57,606 nucleotides of DNA from Eubacteriales bacterium (lineage in GTDB: Bacteria; Bacillota; Clostridia; Oscillospirales; CAG-272): NCBI GenBank assembly GCA_045597265.1, contig JAZODX010000210.1, positions 1 to 57,606 on the forward strand, in the 5' to 3' direction. A program made the translations under genes and the position numbers. The notes below the pieces were generated by a model. It saw only the letters and a list, made by a program, of their open reading frames with translations. It did no database searches and had not been told where the DNA came from. Positions 28,758 through 38,055 of this stretch are shown in pieces; the stretch's first letter is position 1, and every line of letters begins with the position of its first letter.

Positions 28758-29450
28758 TTGTATAACTGGACATTGATGCAGGAAAAGTTGGATTTTCTCT
28801 GTGCAAAATACGGCGGATCGGCAAAGGTTGTGCCCGGCGATGAGCAGCGGCTTCTGCCCTGGCGCAAGGAGCGTCGATTTGCAGAAATTGCCGGCATGGT
28901 GAAGGATGGCACGCTGGAGGGCGTCAGTGCACTCCGCTTCGGTCTGGTCGAGAACGATACCGTTTCGCTGATTTCGGCAACGCGCCGTGAGCTTGGTATT
29001 GCCATGATGCTCTACCCTCGGCCGATCACGCACATTACCGCTTTTACCGGCGGCGAGCGTGCCCTTTGCGCCATTGCACGTTTTGATGACGGTGTTCTTT
29101 TGACCCTGGAGATTTCGCTTCAGGCCGGTGCCGCACTTCACGCCGTGGATAAGCACGAGCTGACCTGCGCACGTGGTGTTGCCTGTGACCGCCCTGTCGA
29201 TACGCAGGTACCGCAGAGTTCGCTGTATCTTTATACGGCAGACGGCCGTGAGACGTATACCGATGTCGATTACGAGCTTTTGGGACTGAGCCAGGACGAA
29301 TGTGCCATTGTGCGCGCGGCTTATGCCGCAGCCACCGTCCCGGGCGAAGCTGATGCCATTGCGGCGGAGAGTGCCGTACTTGATACGGTTGTGAAGGCGC
29401 TTGAAAAATCCTGCGCAGGATACGGAACGGTGGAGGTGAACCGGGTATGA
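28758..29450 (+). CDS. hypothetical protein resembling the C-terminal (substrate/dimerisation) half of Gfo/Idh/MocA oxidoreductases
   Basis: Start is ambiguous. TTG at 28758 has GGAGG 9 nt upstream; alternatives are TTG at 28734 and ATG at 28776. No Rossmann GxGxxG motif. The stop overlaps the next start. Confidence 0.4.
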   Translation: MYNWTLMQEKLDFLCAKYGGSAKVVPGDEQRLLPWRKERRFAEIAGMVKDGTLEGVSALRFGLVENDTVSLISATRRELGIAMMLYPRPITHITAFTGGERALCAIARFDDGVLLTLEISLQAGAALHAVDKHELTCARGVACDRPVDTQVPQSSLYLYTADGRETYTDVDYELLGLSQDECAIVRAAYAAATVPGEADAIAAESAVLDTVVKALEKSCAGYGTVEVNRV

Positions 29451-30532
29451 CGGATAAGCCGATTAAAATTGCGATGATGTCCATGACGCACGGACATACG
29501 AGAAAATATTATCAGGTACTCAAGCAGAATCCCAAGCTTGAATGGATTGCCGTTTCTACGGCGAATGAGACGGTCAAGAAAAATTTTCTGAACGTTGTCG
29601 ACGGCATTCCATGCTATGACAGTGACGAGGAGATGCTCGACCGTCATCCCGAGATTGAGGCGGTCGTTATTGCAAGTGAGAACAGTGCGCATCTGCGCCA
29701 GGTGAAGCTTTGTGCTTCCCGCGGAATTCATATTCTTTCCATGAAAATTCCGACCTTTGACATGAAAGAGTATGACGAAATGATCAAGGCTGTTGACGAG
29801 GCAGGTGTTGTCTGTCAGGTTGAACTCGAGCTGCATCATAATCCGGTTGTCGTTCGAACCAAGCAGCTGCTGGCAGAGGGGCGTCTCGGTAAGCTTCTCT
29901 CCTTCCGCGCAACCAACGTTACCCTCTCTCCGGTTTACGCCTTCCCGTGGCAGGGAGTGCCCGAGCTGAGCTATGGCAAGCGTGTTCCGCTTGGGGACGG
30001 CTCTGACCGTTTCCGCGGCGGTGCACTCTGTGATCATCCGCATATCTTTGATTTGATCCGCATCGTCACCGGATCGGAATTTGCCGAGATTTACGCGCAG
30101 GCTGCGCCCAATATTCGTGATGATCTTGAGGTTGAAGATATGCTCAGCGTCGTCGGCCGCATGAAGAACGGTGTTGTCTTCTCGCTCGATCCCTCCTGGT
30201 CGAAGAAGGAGGAAAAGCTGCCCGTTCCCGGTCCCGGCTGGGAACTTTATCCCAAGCGCATGGAGGTCAACCTTGTGCTGCAGGGGGAGAATGGCACGAT
30301 GGCCGTCGATTGCTTCGGTCCCAACGTTTATCACAACGGCGCTCCGGACGATCGTTACACGGTTCGCTATACCTACTTTGACGAATGGGTTGGCTTGATC
30401 GATGAATTTGTGTCCTGTATTCGTGAAGGCAAGACGCCGCAGATCAATCTCCGTCATCATCGTGCGACCATTGAGGCGATGAATGCCTGCTACGAAAGTA
30501 TTCGCACCGGTAAGACCGTGCAGATGAACTGA
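29447..30532 (+). CDS. Gfo/Idh/MocA family oxidoreductase
   Basis: N-terminal IKIAMMSMTHGH Rossmann-like start, EAVVIASEN, and a conserved C-terminal alpha/beta domain. Confidence 0.8.
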   Translation: MTDKPIKIAMMSMTHGHTRKYYQVLKQNPKLEWIAVSTANETVKKNFLNVVDGIPCYDSDEEMLDRHPEIEAVVIASENSAHLRQVKLCASRGIHILSMKIPTFDMKEYDEMIKAVDEAGVVCQVELELHHNPVVVRTKQLLAEGRLGKLLSFRATNVTLSPVYAFPWQGVPELSYGKRVPLGDGSDRFRGGALCDHPHIFDLIRIVTGSEFAEIYAQAAPNIRDDLEVEDMLSVVGRMKNGVVFSLDPSWSKKEEKLPVPGPGWELYPKRMEVNLVLQGENGTMAVDCFGPNVYHNGAPDDRYTVRYTYFDEWVGLIDEFVSCIREGKTPQINLRHHRATIEAMNACYESIRTGKTVQMN

Positions 30533-30761
30533 TCGGCCTTGTGTGATTAACCGTGCTGCGCAACAGATCCTGCTTTTATCGGAAAACAGTTGATGACATC
30601 CCGTGCTTTTTTTCGATAAAATAAAGACAAATAAATACATTTTGCATTAGTGTGTTTTCACCTCCGTGTGCTTGTGCGCGATCTGCCCGACTGCAGTACG
30701 GGGGAATTACCCAACGAAAAAAAGAGAGATTATATGAAAAGGATGTTTCTGTCGATTTTGC

Positions 30762-32048
30762 TTGACGCTTGTCCTTCTTCCGGCGTGCAACCAAGCAGAG
30801 CCCCACGTTCCTATTGAGACGGATCCGGTGCCTGCCACCACGGCAGCACCCACAACCACGGCAACGCCCGCCACTACGGCAGCACCTACAACTACATCGG
30901 TGCCCGCCACCACGGCAGCGCCCACAACCACGGCAGCGCCCACTACCACAGCGGCACCGCAAACGACGGAGGCAATCATGACAACAGCAGCACCGGAAAC
31001 TACCGCGGCGCCCGTAACGCCGGATGTGCCCTCTGCAGGTGTTTTTACCGAAGCGGATTTTCAAAATGCAATCGCATATGTTGAAAAATGCCGTGATGAC
31101 CGTAAGCTCTCCTATGCTGCCTTTTCGATCGGCAACCGAGGCGGCGAGCTCTTCCACTGGTGCCTCGACGGTACAACAGAGGAAACCCTCTTTGACATGG
31201 CGTCGGTAACTAAAATTGTTTCAACGACGACTCTCTTTCTGATTGCACAGTCCGAGGGGAAAGTACACTGGGACGATACACTTTCCAAATATTTTGCAGC
31301 CGCACCCGCTGACAAGGCCAACATTCCCCTTTGGCGTTTGATGAGCCACTCGGCCGGCCTCAGCGCTTACACGGTTTCTAAATACACCAATGATCCCGGT
31401 AAGGTGTTCGACGAGATTCTCTCGCATAAGCTCGGATACACAACGGGGACCCAGGTCACCTATTCCTGCAACGGCATGAATCTGATCGGTCGTGTTCTTG
31501 AGCTGTCTTACGGCAAATCCCTTGACGTTCTGTTTAAGGAAAAGATCGCAGGGCCGTTGAACATGCCAAACTCCGGATATAAGCTCTACGAGACTGATGC
31601 GAAGATCACCGTTCATCAGAGCAATCGCAACCGTGTCAACGACAACAACGCCAATTTCCTCGGTGGTGTGGCAGGCAACGCCGGACTTTTCTCCAATATT
31701 ACGGACATGTCCACCTATGCAGTTGCGCTGGCGAATGGACTTTCCGCGTTGAACATTCCGCAGGACACGTTTGTCGAATCGATTCAGAACCGTACGCCCG
31801 GGATGTCATCGTCCCGTGCGACCGGCTGGGCGCTGGTTGGCCCTTCCGAGAGCGGTGCTGACCGTCTCTTCCCCACCGGAAGCTACGGACACACCGGATG
31901 GACCGGGCAGAGCATTTTCGTTGACCCGCAAACCGGCCTTTGGGTGGTCTTCCTGACCAATTCACAGTATCATGGCGCCAGTGCGGACGATAAAGATACG
32001 CTGCGCTATAACCTTTACTCTGCTCTTGCCGATGATCTTGGCCTTTAA
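30762..32048 (+). CDS. serine hydrolase (beta-lactamase / PBP4* family) lipoprotein; 5' end apparently frameshifted
   Basis: SVTK active-site motif (DMASVTKIVS) and HTGWTG near the C-terminus. The ORF begins at TTG inside a lipobox (LLPAC). The rest of the signal peptide (MKRMFLSILL, ATG 30734) is in the -1 frame relative to the ORF. Confidence 0.7.
   Translation: MTLVLLPACNQAEPHVPIETDPVPATTAAPTTTATPATTAAPTTTSVPATTAAPTTTAAPTTTAAPQTTEAIMTTAAPETTAAPVTPDVPSAGVFTEADFQNAIAYVEKCRDDRKLSYAAFSIGNRGGELFHWCLDGTTEETLFDMASVTKIVSTTTLFLIAQSEGKVHWDDTLSKYFAAAPADKANIPLWRLMSHSAGLSAYTVSKYTNDPGKVFDEILSHKLGYTTGTQVTYSCNGMNLIGRVLELSYGKSLDVLFKEKIAGPLNMPNSGYKLYETDAKITVHQSNRNRVNDNNANFLGGVAGNAGLFSNITDMSTYAVALANGLSALNIPQDTFVESIQNRTPGMSSSRATGWALVGPSESGADRLFPTGSYGHTGWTGQSIFVDPQTGLWVVFLTNSQYHGASADDKDTLRYNLYSALADDLGL
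30826..31023 (+). repeat. low-complexity coding repeat (Thr/Ala/Pro linker)
   Basis: Reiterated ACCACGGCAGC[AG]CCCAC units encoding (P)ATTAAPTTT. This also generates spurious Cys/Arg/Gly-rich antisense ORFs. Confidence 0.7.
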
Positions 32049-32101
32049 GTCCGATATTGATTATTCACATATCAATAAATACATTTTTGGAAAGGAACAA
32101 A

Positions 32102-33814
32102 ATGATGAAACGAATTATTTCTCTCGCGCTGATCTGTTTGATGCTGCTCTCGATGGTCCCGATTACCGTCGCGGCTGCTGAAACAACAGATGATTTCGAC
32201 ATCTCCGCGCTCTCCAAGCAGACCTACTACGAACAGAATTTTGATGCGTTGAATGACGGTACGATCGATCCCGCTGCACTCGGCTGGGACGCGGTCAACA
32301 GTACTGCAACCCTGGAAGTCAAGACAAACAGCAGCGGCAATAAGGAGCTGATCATTCGGGAAACCGTAGATAATGCCGCAAAAAAGTCCTTCTTTGTGCT
32401 TCTGCCGAACACGAAGAACTTTGATGCATCCAAGCACGCCGCAAACTCCGACGTTGTCACGAAGAAGAGCTACTACGTAGAGTTTGATTTTCGGTTTGCC
32501 GAAATCGGCGTGAATAATACCTTCGCACTCCTCCTCAACTACAACCGCGCGGCCACGACGGAGAGCTACTCACTGCTTTATTTAAAGTGCGGCACCGCAG
32601 TCAGCTCGTTTACCTACTTCCCGGATTCCCTCCTTGACTACACCACTCCGGTGAGCGCCATCGCGACGACCTTCCGCTATCCGGGCGGAGCCTTGGCAGA
32701 GAGAAAGATTCTCCAAAAAGATGCGTCGGTTCTGCCCCAGATTCTGAACAAGTCCAAGTCCGCGACGCTGCTTTATGATAACACCATCAACGTTCGTGTC
32801 GAGGTTGACAACGACGAGAAGGTTGCACGCGTCTTTGTCAACGATGTCTATTTAACGGCCACCAATCCCAACTACAAGACGGACAACGAGAGATGGACGA
32901 AGTTCCTCAGCTCCGGCGAAACCGAGCTTGGCTTCCGCATCCATCATGACAAGGGCGACGCCAATCCCACTGCCGTAGCGATCGATAACATCAAGGTAGG
33001 CTCGCTTGACTATCCCACCGTTACCTTTGATACCGACGGCGGCAGCGCAGTTGCTGCGATGAGCACCAACCGCCAGGGCAAGCTTACATCGGTTCCCACT
33101 GCGCCCACCAAGGCGGGCTTCACCTTTGCAGGCTGGTATAACGGCACCGCCCCGGTAGAGCTTAACGCGACTACCACCTTCTACACCAACACTACCCTCA
33201 CCGCAAAGTGGACGGAGAATACTTCTGCACCCACTGCCCACACCGTTACCTTTGACGCCGCAGGCGGTACGATTGCCCAGACGAGCATGACCACCAATGC
33301 TGAGGGTAAGCTTGCCGTATTGCCGACCGTTATCAGAACCGGCTACATCTTTGACGGCTGGTTTACGGCTGCAGGTGAAGAAGTGACGATTGAGACGGTC
33401 TTCACGGCAGACACCACCCTGACCGCAAAGTGGACTGTGGATCCTTCCTTGAGCGGCGGCGCGTTTTCTGCTGAATCGGCCAATCTTTGGCTTGCCGTTC
33501 TGGTAAGCCGCTACAGTCGCCGGTTTGACATTCAGGCAGCTGCCACCGATGGCGGTATGATTACCCCTGCCGGAACTACCCGGGTAAAGTACAACACCAG
33601 CCAGACCTACACGATTCTCCCGAACGCCGGTTATGCGATTGCCGATGTTGTCGTAGACGGTGTCAGCGTCGGTAAGGTGAACAGCTATACCTTTAAGAAG
33701 GTTACCAAGGCACACACGATTTCCGTTGTATTCGAGAAGCGCGAGGCGGAGAAGAGTGAGGTCCTCTATGAGGAGAATTTCGATGCACTGAAGTCGGCTG
33801 AAGACCTCGGCTGA
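32102..33814 (+). CDS. large secreted surface protein: N-terminal beta-sandwich-like domain, Listeria-Bacteroides (Flg_new) repeats, divergent InlB B-repeat; ends at an in-frame TGA
   Basis: Signal peptide MMKRIISLALICLMLLSMVPITVAAA. VTFDTDGGS...GFTFAGWY...TLTAKWT occurs twice. ADVVVDGVSVGKVNSYTFKKVTKAHTISVVF is the B-repeat. Confidence 0.7.
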   Translation: MMKRIISLALICLMLLSMVPITVAAAETTDDFDISALSKQTYYEQNFDALNDGTIDPAALGWDAVNSTATLEVKTNSSGNKELIIRETVDNAAKKSFFVLLPNTKNFDASKHAANSDVVTKKSYYVEFDFRFAEIGVNNTFALLLNYNRAATTESYSLLYLKCGTAVSSFTYFPDSLLDYTTPVSAIATTFRYPGGALAERKILQKDASVLPQILNKSKSATLLYDNTINVRVEVDNDEKVARVFVNDVYLTATNPNYKTDNERWTKFLSSGETELGFRIHHDKGDANPTAVAIDNIKVGSLDYPTVTFDTDGGSAVAAMSTNRQGKLTSVPTAPTKAGFTFAGWYNGTAPVELNATTTFYTNTTLTAKWTENTSAPTAHTVTFDAAGGTIAQTSMTTNAEGKLAVLPTVIRTGYIFDGWFTAAGEEVTIETVFTADTTLTAKWTVDPSLSGGAFSAESANLWLAVLVSRYSRRFDIQAAATDGGMITPAGTTRVKYNTSQTYTILPNAGYAIADVVVDGVSVGKVNSYTFKKVTKAHTISVVFEKREAEKSEVLYEENFDALKSAEDLG

Positions 33815-33835
33815 GAACCGATCTCGAGCCTGTAT

Positions 33836-34495
33836 GTGCCTACGGCGAAGCTTTCACCGGATGGCGGCAAGCTGATTATGGACAATATGGTCGATGGTGC
33901 AAAGACGTCCTACTATGTCTTTTTGCCCTCGGCGATCACCGATGAGATGGTCAAGGACAACTACACCGTACAGTTCGACATGACCTTCCTTGATGCAGCC
34001 GACCGGGAGAATTTCTTCTCGATTCTCTTTAATTACAACCGCAAAACCAGCCAAGACTATACCGTGCTCTTCTTGCGGATGCGCGGAGATTGGAACGGCT
34101 TCCAGAACCGCAACAAGAACTGGGCTGTCCTGGATAAGGGCGGCACCGAATATGTCGATGCCAACGGCAATCTGGTAACGAGAGGTACGGTCAACACGAA
34201 GGTAGCCGGACAGGGGTTGTCGGATTACATTTTCAACACGTCCCCGAGCGGCATGACCTTAAAGGACAAGCCCATGACAGTCCGCGTAGAGGTCGACACG
34301 CAGGATCAGGTCGCCCGTGTCTTTGTCAACGATATCTACCTCACCGGCTCGAACGGCAAGACCTCAGGCGGCTGGGCTGACTTCCGCAATACGGCCTCCG
34401 GCGGTACCGAGCTGGTCTTCCGCATCGGCCCCGGTGCCAAGGTCGCACTGGATAACGTGACCGTGGTCAGCGGTATTGGTATCCCGAAAAACTAA
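33836..34495 (+). CDS. second copy of the N-terminal beta-sandwich-like domain, in the same frame as 32102-33814 and separated from it only by a TGA
   Basis: YYVFLP...YTVQFDMTF...FSILFNYNR...MTVRVEVDTQDQVARVFVNDIYL parallels FFVLLP...YYVEFDFRF...FALLLNYNR...INVRVEVDNDEKVARVFVNDVYL of the upstream ORF. No independent signal peptide or RBS. Confidence 0.5.
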   Translation: MPTAKLSPDGGKLIMDNMVDGAKTSYYVFLPSAITDEMVKDNYTVQFDMTFLDAADRENFFSILFNYNRKTSQDYTVLFLRMRGDWNGFQNRNKNWAVLDKGGTEYVDANGNLVTRGTVNTKVAGQGLSDYIFNTSPSGMTLKDKPMTVRVEVDTQDQVARVFVNDIYLTGSNGKTSGGWADFRNTASGGTELVFRIGPGAKVALDNVTVVSGIGIPKN

Positions 34496-34503
34496 CGGAA
34501 CGC

Positions 34504-34541
34504 ATCACGGGGAAAATCGGTCGATTTTCCCCGTGATTTTC
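34504..34541 (+). terminator. rho-independent terminator
   Basis: 16-bp perfect stem ATCACGGGGAAAATCG / CGATTTTCCCCGTGAT followed by TTTT. Confidence 0.75.
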
Positions 34542-34719
34542 TGCGCCGCGGAGGCACGAGGAAATTATTGTGTCGGCAGAGTGGCTGTACGAGGATAATC
34601 AAATGGCCTTCTGCCAAATATGGAGGAAAAGAGAAAAGAACCTGCCGTGCAGTACGCACGGCGGGTTCTTTTACTGTGGAGATACCTTTTCAGATACATT
34701 TTTCTTTGGAAGATTATTC

Positions 34720-34748
34720 TTGCGGAACGAAGCAGACTGTGGTATAAT
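34720..34748 (+). promoter_or_regulatory. sigma-A type promoter
   Basis: TTGCGG, 17 nt, TATAAT, with a TG-extended -10. Confidence 0.55.
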
Positions 34749-34837
34749 ACAAGCAGAAATCCATCCGGAGCCCCGGCTGTCCCGGGGAATAAGATGGAAG
34801 AAAATATGGCGCAATGCCGCGGAAGAAGGAGAAACAG

Positions 34838-35395
34838 ATGCGCAAGAATTTTGGTGCCAAAACGTGGTTGTATCCGATGCCTGTGCTGATTATCGGCACC
34901 TATGATGAGAATGGTACGCCCGACGCAATGAATGCGGCGTGGGGCGGTATCTACGACACCAATCAGGTCATGGTTTGCTTGGCGGATGAGCATAAGACAA
35001 CCGAGAATATCAGAAAAAACGGTGCGTTCACGGTCAGCTTTGCCACGGCCGGGACGGTGGTTCCCTGCGATTACGTCGGCATCGTTTCGGCCAACGACGT
35101 TCCCGACAAATTTGCGCGTGCGGGCTTTCACGCTGTACGAAGTGCATATGTCAACGCCCCGCTCATCGAGGAACTGCCCATGGCACTGGAGTGCGAGCTG
35201 ATCGGCTTCAATGCAGACGGCATCTGCGTGGGGCGAATCGTGAACGTATCGGCCGATGAGTGCGTACTGGATGATACGGGATCGATTGATCTGACGAAGC
35301 TCGATCCGATTCTCTACGACAGCGTGACTCATGCGTATCGCCGCTTCGGCGAAAAGGTTGGGCAGGCCTTTTCGGATGGAAAGAAGCTTAAATAA
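34838..35395 (+). CDS. flavin reductase family protein (FMN-binding split barrel)
   Basis: NFGAKTWLYPMPVLIIGTYDENGTPDAMNAAWGG. AGGAGAA RBS. Confidence 0.8.
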   Translation: MRKNFGAKTWLYPMPVLIIGTYDENGTPDAMNAAWGGIYDTNQVMVCLADEHKTTENIRKNGAFTVSFATAGTVVPCDYVGIVSANDVPDKFARAGFHAVRSAYVNAPLIEELPMALECELIGFNADGICVGRIVNVSADECVLDDTGSIDLTKLDPILYDSVTHAYRRFGEKVGQAFSDGKKLK

Positions 35396-35457
35396 CGACT
35401 GCTTCCGTAGCGTTTTGCACCGCCCGACCAATCCTACATACAGAAAAGAGCAGAGAA

Positions 35458-36333
35458 ATGAAACTAACCGATTTTTTGAACAGAGAGGGTCTATCGCTTT
35501 CCTTTGAGGTATTCCCGCCCAAAACCGATACGGCGTTCGAGAGCGTCAGACACGCGACGGAGGAAATTGCCCGACTGCGTCCTTCCTTTATGAGTGTGAC
35601 CTACGGTGCAGGCGGAGGAACGAGCCGATATACGTTGGATATTGCCAAAAATATCAAAGCCAATTACGGCGTGCCTACGCTGGCACATCTGACCTGCGTT
35701 TCCTCCACGAAGGAAACCGTCCGTGCGCGTATTGCCGATATTCGTGCGGCAGGAATTCAGAACGTCATGGCGCTTCGCGGAGATATCCCGAAGGAGCTTG
35801 AGCAGAGCGACAGAAGCGGCTGGGATTACCGGCACGCGGTTGAGCTGGTCAGAGAACTGCGCGAGTCGGGCGAGGATTTCTGCATCGGTGGCGCCTGCTA
35901 TCCCGAAATTCATCCGGAGAGCCCCAATCAAAAGGCGGATATCCGCTATCTCAAGGAAAAGGTGGAGGCGGGCTGTGATTTTCTGACCACACAGATGTTT
36001 TTTGACAATAATCTCCTCTACACCTTCCTTTATAAAATTCGCGAGGCGGGAATTACCGTACCGGTGATTCCCGGCATCATGCCCATCACGAACGGTAATC
36101 AGGTTGAGCGTGCGGTTAAGCTTTCCGGCTCCTTTATGCCGCAGCGCTTCAAGGCTCTGGTGGATAAGTTCGGCCATACACCTGCCGCAATGAAGCAGGC
36201 GGGGATTGCATATGCGACCGACCAGATCATCGATCTGTTCGCCAACGGCATCACTAATGTACACGTCTACTCGATGAACAAGCCGGACGTTGCCGCGGCA
36301 ATTCTGCGGAATTTGTCGGATATTCTGGGATAA
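35458..36333 (+). CDS. metF: methylenetetrahydrofolate reductase
   Basis: LSFEVFPPKT, SVTYGAGG, LTCV, ALRGD and FLTTQMFFD motifs. Confidence 0.9.
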   Translation: MKLTDFLNREGLSLSFEVFPPKTDTAFESVRHATEEIARLRPSFMSVTYGAGGGTSRYTLDIAKNIKANYGVPTLAHLTCVSSTKETVRARIADIRAAGIQNVMALRGDIPKELEQSDRSGWDYRHAVELVRELRESGEDFCIGGACYPEIHPESPNQKADIRYLKEKVEAGCDFLTTQMFFDNNLLYTFLYKIREAGITVPVIPGIMPITNGNQVERAVKLSGSFMPQRFKALVDKFGHTPAAMKQAGIAYATDQIIDLFANGITNVHVYSMNKPDVAAAILRNLSDILG

Positions 36334-36383
36334 CCGCAGGGTGGTATTCTACCGGAGCTTGCGGGGAATGAAAGGGAGAAACA

Positions 36384-36938
36384 ATGATTTTCAAAACCGA
36401 ACGTCTTATTCTGCGTCCCTGGTATGAGGCGGATGCGGAGGATTTGTTCCGATATGCAAGCGATCCTCGGGTGGGACCGCCTGCCGGCTGGCCGCCGCAC
36501 ACGAGCGTGGAGAACAGTCGGGGAATTATCCGTGAGGTTCTCTCCTCTCCCGAAACCTACGCCGTTTGCCGCAAGGAAGACGGTCGGCCGATCGGCAGCG
36601 TCGGCCTGCACCGAAGGGATCTTGCCGAGCGGGAGGACGAATACGAGCTTGGCTATTGGATTGGCCGCCCCTTTTGGGGGCAGGGACTGATTCCCGAGGC
36701 CTCGCGCGAGCTGCTCCGTCATGCCTTCTGCGATCTCGGTATGGCGCGAATCTGGTGCGGATATTATGACGGCAATGATAAAAGCCGCCGTGTGCAGGAA
36801 AAGCTCGGTTTTATCTATCACCACACAACCGAGGGGCTGGAGATCCGCCTGCTTGGGGAAATCAGAACGGGACACGTTATGCTGATGACGAAGGAAAATT
36901 GGGAAAGATTGCATTCCGAACGAGGTGGACAATGTTAA
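36384..36938 (+). CDS. GNAT family N-acetyltransferase (RimJ/RimL-like)
   Basis: TERLILRPW start, and the [18 protein letters not shown] acetyl-CoA binding region. Confidence 0.8.
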   Translation: MIFKTERLILRPWYEADAEDLFRYASDPRVGPPAGWPPHTSVENSRGIIREVLSSPETYAVCRKEDGRPIGSVGLHRRDLAEREDEYELGYWIGRPFWGQGLIPEASRELLRHAFCDLGMARIWCGYYDGNDKSRRVQEKLGFIYHHTTEGLEIRLLGEIRTGHVMLMTKENWERLHSERGGQC

Positions 36939-37669
36939 AAAAGCTATACGACAAAAGTCGGCTTCTGTTTGCGGTAACGTGGATTATTGCGTATTGCGTG
37001 CTGATGTCCGCGGCAGACGCGCTCTCGGAGAAGCTTGGAACCGATAAGCTCATTACCTTCCCCGTTGCACTTCTGCTCTCTGTCACGCTGCTCGTTTTTT
37101 TGCGGCGAAACGGTCTTTTTACGGCCTACGGTCTTTGCCGTTCGGGTGCATCAGCGAAATCCATGCTGTATTATCTGCCCCTCTTTCTGATGCTGATCGC
37201 AAATTTGTGGTATGGCACTGCCCTCGGCTGCGGTATCCCGGAAGCCGCTCTGTATATCCTCACGATGCTCTGCGTCGGCTTTTTGGAGGAAGTTATTTTC
37301 CGCGGTCTGCTCTTTCATGCCATGCGCGGGGATAATGCAGTCCCGGCCGTGATCGTTTCAAGCGTAACCTTCGGTGTTGGTCATATCGTCAATCTTTTGA
37401 ATGGCTCGGGGGCGGAGCTTCTTCCGAATCTGCTTCAGGTTGTTTACGCCACTGCCGCCGGCTTCATGTTCGTGATGATCTACTTAAAGACGGGAAGCCT
37501 CTTCGGCTGTATTGCCGCACACGGGATTTTCAATGCGCTGAGCGTATTTGCCGACGAATCGGGGATGACGGCCGCGACGCGGATTCTGAGTGCTCTTCTG
37601 CTTACGCTGATTACGGGCGGCTACGCCCTCTGGCTCGCACTGTCGATGAGGAAAGAGCGGGGAAAATAG
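36932..37669 (+). CDS. CPBP family intramembrane glutamic endopeptidase
   Basis: EEVIFRG and FGVGH motifs. Start overlaps the upstream stop. Confidence 0.8.
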   Translation: MLKKLYDKSRLLFAVTWIIAYCVLMSAADALSEKLGTDKLITFPVALLLSVTLLVFLRRNGLFTAYGLCRSGASAKSMLYYLPLFLMLIANLWYGTALGCGIPEAALYILTMLCVGFLEEVIFRGLLFHAMRGDNAVPAVIVSSVTFGVGHIVNLLNGSGAELLPNLLQVVYATAAGFMFVMIYLKTGSLFGCIAAHGIFNALSVFADESGMTAATRILSALLLTLITGGYALWLALSMRKERGK

Positions 37670-37699
37670 CCCCGATTTGCGCTTTTTTTGATACTATCT

Positions 37700-37740
37700 A
37701 AAATACCGCTGAGGAAGACAAGCGCCTCAGCGGTATTTTG
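37700..37740 (+). terminator. rho-independent terminator
   Basis: 15-bp perfect stem AAAATACCGCTGAGG / CCTCAGCGGTATTTT. Confidence 0.7.
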
Positions 37741-37996
37741 GATAGCGGAAATGCAGCAAATAAATCAGGGGAGCGATAAGCAAGCTCAAGGAAAGCCACG
37801 CCCAATGGGCGCGGGGCGGTGCAGCCAACGAAGAGAGAAAAACACGCAGAGAGAGACCTCTCACCCGCTTTCTCGGCAGCTCTCCCGAAGGGAGAGCCTT
37901 TGGGCGGCTACCTGTCTGCGGGGGCAGTGCGTGTGATGCGATAATATAGCGTGGTGTCCCTTTTCGGGGGGGGACGGGAAATCGTGCACGATACGA

Positions 37997-38025
37997 TTGA
38001 AAAGTATAAAAAAACATGATATAAT
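37997..38025 (+). promoter_or_regulatory. sigma-A type promoter
   Basis: TTGAAA, 17 nt, TATAAT. Confidence 0.6.
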
Positions 38026-38055
38026 GTTTTTAAACGGAAAAAGGAGGCGATATTC

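Noticed and set aside
30576-31157. 193-aa minus-strand ORF rich in Cys/Arg/Gly (CRCGSGRCRGCGRCRGGGHRC...), superficially like a metal-binding or antimicrobial peptide.
   Set aside because: It is the antisense reading of the ACC/GCA/CCC repeat encoding the Thr/Ala/Pro linker of the serine hydrolase. It has no RBS and spans an intergenic region and a promoter.
33812-33814. Possibility that TGA encodes Trp genome-wide (genetic code 4), which would explain the in-frame TGA.
   Set aside because: Several well-defined genes in the window terminate at TGA at their expected C-termini, for example the oppB tail at 73-75, bcp at 17473-17475 and the SIS gene at 28735-28737. No other conserved gene shows an internal TGA.
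34634-34672. Terminator-like hairpin (AAAAGAACCTGCCGTGC / GCACGGCGGGTTCTTTT) with T-runs on both strands, about 100 nt after the real terminator at 34504-34541.
   Set aside because: I could not assign it to any gene or convincing promoter on either strand. It may be a back-up terminator or a relic. The evidence is insufficient to call a feature.
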